A stretch of DNA of 63,287 bases, filler included, from Nemertoderma westbladi (taxonomy: Eukaryota; Animalia; Xenacoelomorpha): NCBI GenBank assembly GCA_032718475.1. It is 3 parts of 3 records of this genome, joined end to end, with 100 filler letters (N's around TTAATTAATTAA, not from the genome) between each part and the next. Parts side by side here need not be neighbours in the genome. Positions count along the whole stretch, not along the records: positions 1 to 28,931 come from JAUCBJ010008762.1; 2 more parts are not named here. One strand, 5' to 3'. A model generated the notes under the pieces. That model made no database searches. It was not told where the DNA came from and saw only the letters and a program-made list of their open reading frames with translations. Position 1 is the stretch's first letter; the number at the start of each line of letters is the position of its first letter. Positions 12,170 through 26,300 of this stretch are shown here, piece by piece. The position numbers and the translations under genes were made by a program.

Positions 12170-14290
12170 AAGACATCAAGGGTTACACCTATAACACCAG
12201 TTCTAACAAAAATGGGTACTTACTTTTAGACCTAATGGAAGAATGTGAATTTATACCAACAAACAACACATTCGAAAAGAGTAAGGGGAAGCTATAGACC
12301 TTTCAATACCCTAATGGAACCAAAGCACAACTGGATTACATCCTTATAAACAAAAAGTGAAGAAACAGCATGATCAACTGCGGGGCATACAGCTCGTTCA
12401 ACCTAATTGGTTCGGACCACAGAATTGTGACTGCAGAGATCAGACTCAGTTTGAGAGCCAGCAAACCCAGGACAAGCAAGCAAATCAACTATTTATTTAT
12501 TTATTTTATTTATTTATTTACACGAGGGATCAAGTAGTTAAAAACAGAACATAACACAATACAATACACAATACACGAATAAAACAATCGGTCAAACAAA
12601 CACAACATTACAGTAGTTAAGTAACTCGTACATAAGGTAAACAGCAAAACGAATAAAAATAAAACACGGACATGTAAAAAGTAATGTACTGTAGTTGTCG
12701 GTAGCTAAAACAAGTGGTCGTGGGAGAGAACCACCCAGGCTCAGGGCACTTATGGGTGTGAATAATTGTATACATAGTGATTAATATAAAAAATGGTGAT
12801 GATCGAAAATGAAATGAAAAATAAAAAAAAGTAAAGAAAAAAAAAACTGGAATCAACGAGTGAATTTTGCGTGGGTAAGTAAGTCCGTTTTTAAAAATTG
12901 CACGGAGAAAATATTTATACTTTTGGCATCAACAGCTTGTGCTGGTAATGAGTTCCATACGGGCACAACACGGTGAGAAAATGAATGCTTACAGATTTGA
13001 AGTCTACATTGGGGAACATACAGTTTATGATTATGACCACGTAGACCAGCTCTTGGGGCACTTGTGAACATCTTATTGAAATCTATATCTACTAAACCAT
13101 GCTTTATACGATACAACATTTTGAGGTCGAAAATAATTCTACGCACCTCTAACGGTTGCACAGATAGATACTGTATGCGATTGAGGTAACTGACATACGG
13201 TAGTTTGCAGCGAGCGTACAATCGTCTGGTAAAGTACCGTTGTACTTTCTCAACAAGGTCAATACTTTTTTTTGTGAAAGGGGACCATATGGGTGTGCAA
13301 TATTCCAGCAACGGTCTTACCAGAGTCTTGTATGCTGTTAGCAGGGCTTTAATATTAGCTGTCAGTACACTACGAAATATCCAGTTCAGTATTTTGTACG
13401 CTTTTGCAACTTGTTCCCGACAGTATTTATCAAATTTGAGGTCCGTACACACGATTAAACCTAGATGCTTACAGTATGTATCTGATTTAAGCACTGCACC
13501 ATTTAAATTATAAACAAATTTATTATTATTTCCACCTACGTAAACAACCGAGCATTTGTGCGCCGCTACTGTTAGTTGCCATTTTCTAGTCCAGTCTTCC
13601 AAGTTTTGAAGGGCTGAGGCTAGAGAATCACAATCTTCCTCCGGTGCATAAAGCTTAAGGTCATCAGCAAATAGTTTATTACATACAGGTAACAATGCAT
13701 CAGGTAAATCATTAATAAATAAAAGAAACAATACTGGCCCCAAGACACTGCCTTGAATAGTTCCCGATGTAACTACACAGTAGTCCGATGATTCGGTACC
13801 TACAAGTACATTTTGGGTTCTATTACATAGAAATGCACGTATCCATAGAAACAGAATCGAACTATGACTGGGAGAAACTCAGAACTGACAATGCTGTAAA
13901 TACTTACACAGTACAAGTTCAAAACCGCTTTGAAGCACTTCAGTCAATGGATGAAGACCAATCCACCGATTCAATATACCAGAATATAATAACAGCCCAC
14001 AAGGAATCAGCTAAGAGGCATATCCCCCAGAAACCCAAACGAAAACAATATGTGCCATGGCAAAACTCTGAGGTCACTTATAAGAGAGAAGATCTTAAGA
14101 TAGCCTACAAAGTTAAAACCGAACAACCAACAACCGAAAACATTAACAAGGTGGAGAAGGCTAAGGACGATCTTAAATTGGCCTACAACATCAGCCAGGA
14201 AAAGTACATACAGGATAAAATTGAAGCAATTACAACTGCTCACATACAGCAACAATCAAGACTTACCTGGCAAACTGTAAACCAACAAAC
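12170..14290 (+). pseudogene. RTE-like LINE fragment (endonuclease end and linker), split by a CR1-like insertion
   Basis: QLDYILIN...SDHRIVTA..RLSLRASKPRTSKQI|NYDWEKLR...VQNRFEAL reads continuously once 12493-13865 is removed. Confidence 0.8.
12493..13859 (-). mobile_element. 5'-truncated CR1/L2-group LINE (RT C-terminal half, ORF 12853-13743)
   Basis: QGSVLGPVLFLLFINDL, LFADDLK, LVRPLLEYC.PIWSP and LRGH..KL motifs. (TAAA)n 3' tail. 6-bp TSD AACTAT at 12487-12492 and 13860-13865. Confidence 0.92.
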
Positions 14291-14359
14291 AATCGTGGGA
14301 TCTGTCTGCTTCTGGTAGCTGCCAAAATATACAATAAAATTATTCTATATAGAATCAAT

Positions 14360-17300
14360 TCGAATATCTCAACCCCAGCTTCCTGGTTGCTAAACCTAAC
14401 GGTGGTACACGATTAGTAACCGCACCGAAATCCCAACCCGCACTGCACCCTGACATCGAGTCCACCATCCGGTCCCTTGGGCAATTTAAATACAGAGCAA
14501 TACAAGATTAAGGCAGATCTCACTATCGCCTTCTACCAAATCTCCCTCCAGCGCCAGTTGATGCGTTTCTGTGGAGTATCCACGCCCTTCCAGGGCGTCC
14601 GTGTCTACCACCGATGTGCTATGGGCATACCTGGCAGCGAAACTGCATTAGAGGAGTTGATGTCCTGGGTCCTCGGCGATCTACTCAAAGTGTAAAAGCT
14701 TTTGCGGATGTAACAAGCTATTTTTCTCCGCAATATACCGAGTAGGTATTTTAGCGGACATAACAAGCGATTTTGCCCGCTATGTCTGCATGTGTGCTTT
14801 AGCGGACATAAAACGCCATTTTTCTCCGCAATAAGCTCAAATACTCTAAACATCGGAACTCAGATGACGACATCTATCAGCTGTGTCCACGTGTAACTTT
14901 TTCTTTGTTCTTTGTTCGTTCTTTGTTCGGTCGACCAATCAGAGCCGTTTTCACTCTGTGTTGGACATTGTATACAGAAACTCACGCAATTCAGTCAGTG
15001 TGTATTTTTCCTAAGCCTAGAACACCGGCTGTGGAATTATTCTGTGTTTCAGGCTTTAGCCAAACATTAGTAGGCTTTGATCATAGAAACATATAACTGT
15101 TATCGAACCACCGCAACAAACTGGCAAATCAGCCTGTCATATCTCATCCAAACACCGCATTATTTTACTGCTATTTACTGTCGGTTATTAATTATATCAG
15201 TTGATGGAATATTGTTATATTTGGAGAATATCGATAAATAATCAGAAAACCCCAATCTTCTTGATATACTGAAGGTTAGAGAGACCGGTTACATATAACA
15301 ATTGCGACTTACATTATATTGGTTTGGAGTGAATCTAATGCTATTTCATAGGCACTACATGTGTCGGTTGCTGTTCTCTTTATATGTGACTAAAATTAGT
15401 GAAGGTCGGCAGATTGGTGTGCAGCATTGTGCGGTAGTGTGCATGAGTGTGATAGATAACAAAGCATCTCCTAAAGAATGCGCTTTATACGTGAATCAAT
15501 AGTTTTGTTTAATGTAAGTCATAACTCTGTTTACATACTTAGAGCGCCACGTCCTAAAGGAACTGTTAATATTTCCCGAAAGTGAATAATATTGGTCAGA
15601 GATTATATATTAACGATCAATCGAATAATACAGTAGGCCTACATCGCAATAAGGTCAGAGCTTCCGAATCCAGTCTCCCGGGTATATCCAGCGGGTGAAT
15701 GGTCGCGCATAGGCTGGCTTCGGCTAATGTAGTGTATCAAATACTCGTCATAGGCTAAAGTCGATTTATAACCTAGAAGACACCTAAATTTGGCAGGTTA
15801 AACTGCTAAAGGTCTGAAAGCGCGAACACAAAGGTTACGCAGTTAGACTCGCTGATGATATTTATTGCGGCAGAGGCACAATCCCCGACCTCCTCGACAA
15901 TTTTAATGAGATTCTCCACGCTCTCCATCGTGCCAACCTTCGTTTAGCCACAAAGACAACTGTTATCTGACCTCAAACTACTACCATTCTCGGTTGGTCG
16001 TGGTCTAATGGTTCGTTATCTGCGTCCTCCCATGTTACATCGGCACTATCCTGCTGTCCCATTCCCCCAACGGTCCGAGATCTCCGCTCTTACTTGGGAT
16101 CCTACGAGATCCTCGCTCGCATTCTTCGGTCTTGTTCAGCACTTGTCACTCCTTTCGAGTCCCTCCTCATGGCCAAACCTGGTGATACAGTGGCTTGGAC
16201 TCCCGAACTGGACTCCGTCTTTCGTCGCTCCTAGGCTGCCATCAAGTCCTGTCACTCTGTATCCATCCCTTGTCCAACCGATGATCTCTTTCTCGTCACC
16301 GATGATGCCTCCTCCATCAACGGCCTCAGTGCCATTTTATACACGAAGCGCGATAAGGAGCTCCTCCTCGCCGGTTTCTACTCCGCCAAACTGAAGACTC
16401 ACCATCACTCCCGGCTCCCATGCGAGTTGGAAGCACTTGCCATCGCCGCATCTGTTCAACACTTCCTCCCTTACCTAATCGGTTCTACCCGGCAATCCCA
16501 CGTTCTTATGGACAGTAAGCCGTATGTGGACGCATAACGGAAGTAGTCCCGCAGTGCCTATTCCTCGAGTCCTCGACTATCAACTTTTCTATCCAGCGCC
16601 AGTCAGTCTCGGGTTACTATTTCCCACATCAAGGGAGCCACAAACCTTTCTGCTGACTTCCAGAGCTGTAACGTCGTCCCATGTTCTCTGCTGACTTGTC
16701 AAGTCTGTTTCTATGTTGCATCTACAGCCGACACCCCAGTGGTTCGTCTCGCCGCACACCCTCCCGCCACCCCCGATATCCAGCCACTCGCGACTTCACC
16801 GTATTGATTTGCATCAACCGACTTCCCCGATCCCCGCCCCCTCTATGCTGGTCGTCCTGCTTGGCTCACCACCCAACAGAATATGCTGACCTCACCCGCG
16901 TCGCCGAACACCTCGTCTCTGGCACTTGTCCATCCAAGCGCAACACCCATAGTCGTGATGTAAAACGATACCTCGGCATCTGTTCTCTTGCCCCCACCAG
17001 TCTCGTCGTTGTCCGACGCGAGTGTGCCTTCACCTCACCGTATGATGTCATCATCATCCCCCACCCTTCCGTCACTGGTCTCCTCACATCGCTACATGTT
17101 GAACTCCATCACCCATCCCGGTCTCTACTTTGTACAACCTTCTCCTGGTACTTTCATGCCCTGGGTCTCGACCAAGCCCTCGACTAGGTCTCCTCCCAAT
17201 GTCACCAGTGTGTCGCCCTGACCACTGCCCCCCGGCGCGTCATTCCCCAGTCGTCACTCGACGCCCCATCCATTGTCAGTCAGTCATTCGCCGCCGATGC

Positions 17301-17980
17301 ACTCCGCCGCAGCAGTCAACGTATTCTTTTCATTCCGGAGACTGTCTCCTCCTATACAAATGCTGTCATAATTTCATTATCAATTTATTTTACTATCATC
17401 ATAAAAATTACATCAGATCTGTTTATGATATAGACCCCATCACCACACTATTTTACATAAATCTGACAAAGTTTTGATGGTGATGAATTAGGTTAATGTC
17501 TGATCCCTGATGAACAACAAGACACCCTTCGCGATGCACTTATTACGTTAGCATTCGGAGTATGTCCCCTTAGTGCCCCCCCCCCCCCCCACAGTTATTT
17601 GCACTGATCCTGCGCCCGGCTTCCAAGCCCTCGTCGGCGATCCCATTTTGAAATCCCATTATCTCCTCCTTGAAGTTGGAGCCCGTAAATACGTAAATAA
17701 AAATCCCGTCACCGAGCACGCTACCAGCGAATTACTCACTGAGTTGCTTAAACTCCACCCAACGGGCAGTCCGTTTTCCTCCACATCCCTCGCCATAGCT
17801 GTCGCCCACCTCTATATGCTAGTCTTCGCAAACCCCCGGTTTATCAGCGCGTGAGATCCTCTTCCAACGCAATCAGTTCACTGGCGATCAGATCACGTTG
17901 ACCGACTCTGATCTTATCACCACCCAACACGATCGACGTCTTGCGAACCACGAGTCCAGTGCTCACTCCAAGGTACACAC
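14360..17980 (+). mobile_element. Old degraded Gypsy-like LTR retrotransposon pol (RT-RNaseH-integrase)
   Basis: [43 protein letters not shown] and TDPAPGFQAL motifs with many stops and frameshifts. Confidence 0.8.
14691..15828. mobile_element. Solo LTR inserted in the Gypsy RT
   Basis: TG...CA termini with 5-bp TSD CAAAG (14686-14690, 15829-15833). Removing it restores LLKGYAVRLADD. Confidence 0.8.
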
Positions 17981-19216
17981 ACAGCCCTAGAGCTGGGTTC
18001 ACGGCTCCCCGGGTTCACATCACTCCACGTCGGTGACTTGGTACATAAAATTTAAGAAATTCCGCCAAAAATATATTACTTTACTTTTTTCGCCGGGAAA
18101 AAAAGTAAAATCAATGCAATCCTGTGGGTTACTTTTTTTCCCTAGGGAAAAAAGGTGATACTTTTTCTCCCGATTTTGGGGTATATTCGAGCGAAAAAGT
18201 AACAATTTAAGAATAAAAACATTTTATTCTTAGATTGTTACTTCTTTACCATAGGGAAAAGTAAATCAAAATATTTTTGGTGGAATTAAGTTTTTATTAC
18301 ATGTGTTGAAAGATCATCTAAGTAGAAAAGGTTTGCACATAATTTGAGCAAAATCCAGCACACACTCAAAAGTTATTGCAACTTTAGTGACTACACGGCG
18401 TACTCAATAACGGAATTCTGACTAATCGAGTACATGGAAGGGTCTGCGTTAATGTTCCAATATTTACATATAGACAGACAGCACAAGATGTCAGGGCGCA
18501 TACAATGTACCGGTAAGCGGTATATACAGTGTACAGAAGAAGAACATCCTAAGAACAGAAAAAGGTATATATATATATACAGTATAGAGATATTAAGATA
18601 ATAGAGTCATCTAACGGTGATACCCTACAGTAGGTAGGTATATGTTCGTTATCAATAGAACACAAACTCACGGCGTTCTAGAACTACTGTAGTACTAGAA
18701 CACCTTTACACTAACACAATATCCAATATTGGATAATGTATACAAGCGACACACTAGTCACGTAATAAATATTCGAGAACCTTAAATTTATTTAACATTA
18801 ATCAAAGATTTCTAGAATATAGTATTTATTCAGGACACGAAGCTCGCATACAGTGTTAATTTTTTTAGAGGCCGGTCTTTCTTAATACTGTAGTAGCTAC
18901 TGTAAATAAAAGATATCACCTTATGCATACAGTGTACTATTATTATCTGGCAAGGACTTCTGGAACATAGTATATATTCCATATATATACTCATAGTATA
19001 TATTCCATATATATACTATGTCCTAGAAGTCCTTGCAGTAAGTAAGGCAGCATCAGGAGTTGACGAGTACAATAATTGAAATGGCAGTATCTATGGAAGC
19101 AATATAGTAAATTTCAGCAGATCATTTTATTTTGTAGTTCTATTTCGTTCTACCACTAATTAGAGAATTAAGCAACAAAAAAGTACCAATTTAAGAATAA
19201 TAACTATTTATTTATA

Positions 19217-19447
19217 GGGTAGGTGTAAAACGCGGATCCGGATCCGGATCCGGATTCCAAAATTATCCATGAAGGGAAAGGAGCAGGTTACAGTGGCACG
19301 TTATTTTAACCAAAACAATATACTAAAGTCAATAGAAAAGGTTATAGTTTTATTTTTGGGAGTTATAAAAATGTAAAAAAAATTGACTTCCGTAGGGACA
19401 ATGTTAAATGTAGAATCCGGATCCGCATCCGCGTTTTACTATGACCC
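19217..19447. mobile_element. Small MITE
   Basis: TIRs GGGTAGGTGTAAAACGCGGATC / GATCCGCATCCGCGTTTTACTATGACCC. Confidence 0.7.
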
Positions 19448-19670
19448 GTCTTTATATTATAATTCGCATTTTCTAGGAATATTAAAAAAACTTATTTATT
19501 TAAAAAACGCTTTTACTATTTTGAGGAAATGTGGATCATAAGGAGGACAAAAAAATACTCGTTTTCTGTAAAATATAAAAGTTTTCTTTAATTGAAATGT
19601 TCACTTTTGAATTAAAAGTTTAAAGTAACAAAGTTATCGCGAATTTGAGATCAATTGTTTAAATAAATAA

Positions 19671-19862
19671 TACTAGCTACTATATACTAGCTACTATATA
19701 CTAGCTACTATATACTAGCTACTATATACTAGCTACTATATACTAGCTACTATATACTAGCTACTATATACTAGCTACTATATACTAGCTACTATATACT
19801 AGCTACTATATACTAGCTACTATATACTAGCTACTATATACTAGCTACTATATACTAGCTAT
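19671..19862. repeat. 14-bp tandem repeat (TACTAGCTACTATA)n
   Basis: About 13 perfect copies. Confidence 0.95.
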
Positions 19863-20336
19863 ACTTTGCGAGTGAAGATGATATTCCAGAACGTTAATCA
19901 AAAAATCAAACCAAAAATTTGATTAAAATAGTTACCGGTACCGGTACTTGAGCAAAAGATCCTACAACTGAACATTTTAATGCTAAATTTATTAATAATT
20001 ACCAAAGCAATTACTGTTCTAGAATAAATAATGCAAAATCAACATAATAAAATTCTAGGTCATTGATTGGATAGATAGTTTATTATCCGCATTTTTGGAT
20101 GATTGATTAGCTAATTACTTGTTTGTCCTAAATTGCGGACTTGTCCGCACTTTTGGTGTCAATAAAGGGGATATTTTAAAGAAAATTACGTTTTACATGG
20201 AAAAACCTTACAACATTTTTTTTCAATTTTCTCTCTACCCTTTATGCAACGCCTAGGTCTAGGTCTTGTTGCTTTTTAGTTTTTACATACTTAACACGTG
20301 CATACATACATACATACATAAGTAACAAAAACTAGC

Positions 20337-23300
20337 TAATACAAACAATCTGGTTTATGTACCCAACGTGTAGTAATACAAACAATCTGGTCTATGTACC
20401 CAACGTGTAAAATACAAACAATCTGGTCTATGTACCCAACGTGTAGTAATACAAACAATCTGCTCTATGTACCCAACGTGTAGTAATACAAACAATCTGG
20501 TCTATGTACCCAACATGTAGTAATACAAACAATCTGGTCTATGTACCCAACGTGTAGTAATACAAACAATCTGGTCTATGTACCCAACGTGTAGTAATAC
20601 AAACAATCTGCTCTATGTACCCAACGTGTAGTAATACAAACAATCTGGTCTATGTACCCAACGTGTAGTAATACAAACAATCTGCTCTATGTACCCAACG
20701 TGTAGTAATACAAACAATCTGGTCTATGTACCCAACGTGTAGTAATACAAACAATCTGGTCTATGTACCCAACGTGTAGTAATACAAACAATCTGGTCTA
20801 TGTACCCAACGTGTAGTAATACAAACAATCTGGTCTATGTACCCAACGTGTAGTAATACAAACAATCTGGTCTATCTACCCAACGTGTAGTAATACAAAC
20901 AATCTGGTCTATATATGTACCCAACGTGTAGTAATACAAACAATCTGGTCTATGTACCCAACGTGTAGTAATACAAACAATCTGGTCTATGTACCCAACG
21001 TGTAGTAATACAAACAATCTGCTCTATGTACCCAACGTGTAGTAATACAAACAATCTGCTCTATGTACCCAACGTGTAGTAATACAAACAATCTGGTCTA
21101 TGTACCCAACGTGTAGTAATACAAACAATCTGGTCTATGTACCCAACGTGTAGTAATACAAACAATCTGCTCTATGTACCCAACGTGTAGTAATACAAAC
21201 AATCTGGTCTATGTACCCAACGTGTAGTAATACAAACAATCTGCTCTATGTACCCAACGTGTAGTAATACAAACAATCTGGTCTATGTACCCAACGTGTA
21301 GTAATACAAACAATCTGGTCTATGTACCCAACGTGTAGTAATACAAACAATCTGGTCTATCTACCCAACGTGTAGTAATACAAACAATCTGGTCTATATA
21401 TGTACCCAACGTGTAGTAATACAAACAATCTGGTCTATGTACCCAACGTGTAGTAATACAAACAATCTGGTCTATGTACCCAACGTGTAGTAATACAAAC
21501 AATCTGCTCTATGTACCCAACGTGTAGTAATACAAACAATCTGCTCTATGTACCCAACGTGTAGTAATACAAACAATCTGGTCTATGTACCCAACGTGTA
21601 GTAATACAAACAATCTGGTCTATGTACCCAACGTGTAGTAATACAAACAATCTGCTCTATGTACCCAACGTGTAGTAATACAAACAATCTGGTCTATGTA
21701 CCCAACGTGTAGTAATACAAACAATCTGCTCTATGTACCCAACGTGTAGTAATACAAACAATCTGCTCTATGTACCCAACGTGTAGTAATACAAACAATC
21801 TGGTCTATGTACCCAACGTGTAGTAATACAAACAATCTGGTCTATGTACCCAACGTGTAGTAATACAAACAATCTGGTCTATGTACCCAACGTGTAGTAA
21901 TACAAACAATCTGGTCTATGTACCCAACGTGTAGTAATACAAACAATCTGGTCTATGTACCCAACGTGTAGTAATACAAACAATCTGGTCTATGTACCCA
22001 ACGTGTAGTAATACAAACAATCTGGTCTATGTACCCAACGTGTAGTAATACAAACAATCTGGTCTATGTACCCAACGTGTAGTAATACAAACAATCTGCT
22101 CTATGTACCCAACGTGTAGTAATACAAACAATCTGGTCTATGTACCCAACGTGTAGTAATACAAACAATCTGGTCTATATATGTACCCAACGTGTAGTAA
22201 TACAAACAATCTGGTCTATGTACCCAACGTGTAGTAATACAAACAATCTGGTCTATGTACCCAACGTGTAGTAATACAAACAATCTGCTCTATGTACCCA
22301 ACGTGTAGTAATACAAACAATCTGCTCTATGTACCCAACGTGTAGTAATACAAACAATCTGGTCTATGTACCCAGCGTGTAGTAATACAAACAATCTGGT
22401 CTATGTACCCAACGTGTAGTAATACAAACAATCTGGTCTATGTACCCAACGTGTAGTAATACAAACAATCTGGTCTATGTACCCAACGTGTAGTAATACA
22501 AACAATCTGGTCTATGTACCCAACGTGTAGTAATACAAACAATCTGGTCTATGTACCCAACGTGTAGTAATACAAACAATCTGGTCTATGTACCCAGCGT
22601 GTAGTAATACAAACAATCTGGTCTATGTACCCAACGTGTAGTAATACAAACAATCTGGTCTATGTACCCAGCGTGTAGTAATACAAACAATCTGGTCTAT
22701 GTACCCAACGTGTAGTAATACAAACAATCTGGTCTATGTACCCAACGTGTAGTAATACAAACAATCTGGTCTATGTACCCAACGTGTAGTAATACAAACA
22801 ATCTGGTCTATGTACCCAACGTGTAGTAATACAAACAATCTGGTCTATGTACCCAGCGTGTAGTAATACAAACAATCTGGTCTATGTACCCAACGTGTAG
22901 TAATACAAACAATCTGGTCTATGTACCCAACGTGTAGTAATACAAACAATCTGGTCTATGTACCCAACGTGTAGTAATACAAACAATCTGGTCTATGTAC
23001 CCAACGTGTAGTAATACAAACAATCTGGTCTATGTACCCAACGTGTAGTAATACAAACAATCTGCTCTATGTACCCAACGTGTAGTAATACAAACAATCT
23101 GGTCTATGTACCCAACGTGTAGTAATACAAACAATCTGGTCTATGTACCCAACGTGTAGTAATACAAACAATCTGGTCTATGTACCCAACGTGTAGTAAT
23201 ACAAACAATCTGGTCTATGTACCCAACGTGTAGTAATACAAACAATCTGGTCTATGTACCCAACGTGTAGTAATACAAACAATCTGGTCTATGTACCCAA

Positions 23301-26300
23301 CGTGTAGTAATACAAACAATCTGCTCTATGTACCCAACGTGTAGTAATACAAACAATCTGGTCTATACAGTATATGTACCCAACGTGTAGTAATGCAAAC
23401 AATCTGGTCTATACAGTATATGTACCCAACGTGTAGTAATACAAACAATCTGGTCTATGTACCCAACGTGTAGTAATACAAACAATCTGGTCTATGTACC
23501 CAACGTGTAGTAATACAAACAATCTGGTCTATGTACCCAACGTGTAGTAATACAAACAATCTGGTCTATGTACCCAACGTGTAGTAATACAAACAATCTG
23601 GTCTATGTACCCAACGTGTAGTAATACAAACAATCTGGTCTATGTACCCAACGTGTAGTAATACAAACAATCTGGTCTATGTACCCAACGTGTAGTAATA
23701 CAAACAATCTGCTCTATGTACCCAACGTGTAGTAATACAAACAATCTGGTCTATACAGTATATGTACCCAACGTGTAGTAATACAAACAATCTGGTCTAT
23801 GTACCCAACGTGTAGTAATACAAACAATCTGGTCTATGTACCCAACGTGTAGTAATACAAACAATCTGGTCTATGTACCCAACGTGTAGTAATACAAACA
23901 ATCTGGTCTATGTACCCAACGTGTAGTAATACAAACAATCTGGTCTATGTACCCAACGTGTAGTAATACAAACAATCTGGTCTATGTACCCAACGTGTAG
24001 TAATACAAACAATCTGGTCTATGTACCCAACGTGTAGTAATACAAACAATCTGGTCTATGTACCCAACGTGTAGTAATACAAACAATCTGGTCTATGTAC
24101 CCAACGTGTAGTAATACAAACAATCTGGTCTATGTACCCAACGTGTAGTAATACAAACAATCTGGTCTATGTACCCAACGTGTAGTAATACAAACAATCT
24201 GGTCTATGTACCCAACGTGTAGTAATACAAACAATCTGGTCTATGTACCCAACGTGTAGTAATACAAACAATCTGGTCTATGTACCCAACGTGTAGTAAT
24301 ACAAACAATCTGGTCTATGTACCCAACGTGTAGTAATACAAACAATCTGGTCTATGTACCCAACGTGTAGTAATACAAACAATCTGGTCTATGTACCCAA
24401 CGTGTAGTAATACAAACAATCTGGTCTATGTACCCAACGTGTAGTAATACAAACAATCTGGTCTATGTACCCAACGTGTAGTAATACAAACAATCTGGTC
24501 TATGTACCCAACGTGTAGTAATACAAACAATCTGGTCTATGTACCCAACGTGTAGTAATACAAACAATCTGGTCTATGTACCCAACGTGTAGTAATACAA
24601 ACAATCTGGTCTATGTACCCAACGTGTAGTAATACAAACAATCTGGTCTATGTACCCAACGTGTAGTAATACAAACAATCTGGTCTATGTACCCAACGTG
24701 TAGTAATACAAACAATCTGGTCTATGTACCCAACGTGTAGTAATACAAACAATCTGGTCTATTGTACCCAACGTGTAGTAATACAAACAATCTGGTCTAT
24801 GTACCCAACGTGTAGTAATACAAACAATCTGGTCTATGTACCCAACGTGTAGTAATACAAACAATCTGGTCTATGTACCCAACGTGTAGTAATACAAACA
24901 ATCTGGTCTATGTACCCAACGTGTAGTAATACAAACAATCTGGTCTATGTACCCAACGTGTAGTAATACAAACAATCTGGTCTATGTACCCAACGTGTAG
25001 TAATACAAACAATCTGGTCTATGTACCCAACGTGTAGTAATACAAACAATCTGGTCTATGTACCCAACGTGTAGTAATACAAACAATCTGGTCTATGTAC
25101 CCAACGTGTAGTAATACAAACAATCTGGTCTATGTACCCAACGTGTAGTAATACAAACAATCTGGTCTATGTACCCAACGTGTAGTAATACAAACAATCT
25201 GGTCTATGTACCCAACGTGTAGTAATACAAACAATCTGGTCTATGTACCCAACGTGTAGTAATACAAACAATCTGGTCTATATAGTATATGTACCCAACG
25301 TGTAGTAATACAAACAATCTGGTCTATGTACCCAACGTGTAGTAATACAAACAATCTGGTCTATGTACCCAACGTGTAGTAATACAAACAATCTGGTCTA
25401 TGTACCCAACGTGTAGTAATACAAACAATCTGGTCTATGTACCCAACGTGTAGTAATACAAACAATCTGGTCTATGTACCCAACGTGTAGTAATACAAAC
25501 AATCTGGTCTATGTACCCAACGTGTAGTAATACAAACAATCTGGTCTATGTACCCAACGTGTAGTAATACAAACAATCTGGTCTATAAGTATATGTACCC
25601 AACGTGTAGTAATACAAACAATCTGGTCTATGTACCCAACGTGTAGTAATACAAACAATCTGGTCTATGTACCCAACGTGTAGTAATACAAACAATCTGG
25701 TCTATGTACCCAACGTGTAGTAATACAAACAATCTGGTCTATGTACCCAACGTGTAGTAATACAAACAATCTGGTCTATGTACCCAACGTGTAGTAATAC
25801 AAACAATCTGGTCTATGTACCCAACGTGTAGTAATACAAACAATCTGGTCTATGTACCCAACGTGTAGTAATACAAACAATCTGGTCTATAGTATGTACC
25901 CAACGTGTAGTAATACAAACAATCTGGTCTATGTACCCAACGTGTAGTAATACAAACAATCTGGTCTATGTACCCAACGTGTAGTAATACAAACAATCTG
26001 GTCTATGTACCCAACGTGTAGTAATACAAACAATCTGGTCTATGTACCCAACGTGTAGTAATACAAACAATCTGGTCTATGTACCCAACGTGTAGTAATA
26101 CAAACAATCTGGTCTATGTACCCAACGTGTAGTAATACAAACAATCTGGTCTATGTACCCAACGTGTAGTAATACAAACAATCTGGTCTATATAGTATAT
26201 GTACCCAACGTGTAGTAATACAAACAATCTGGTCTATGTACCCAACGTGTAGTAATACAAACAATCTGGTCTATGTACCCAACGTGTAGTAATACAAACA

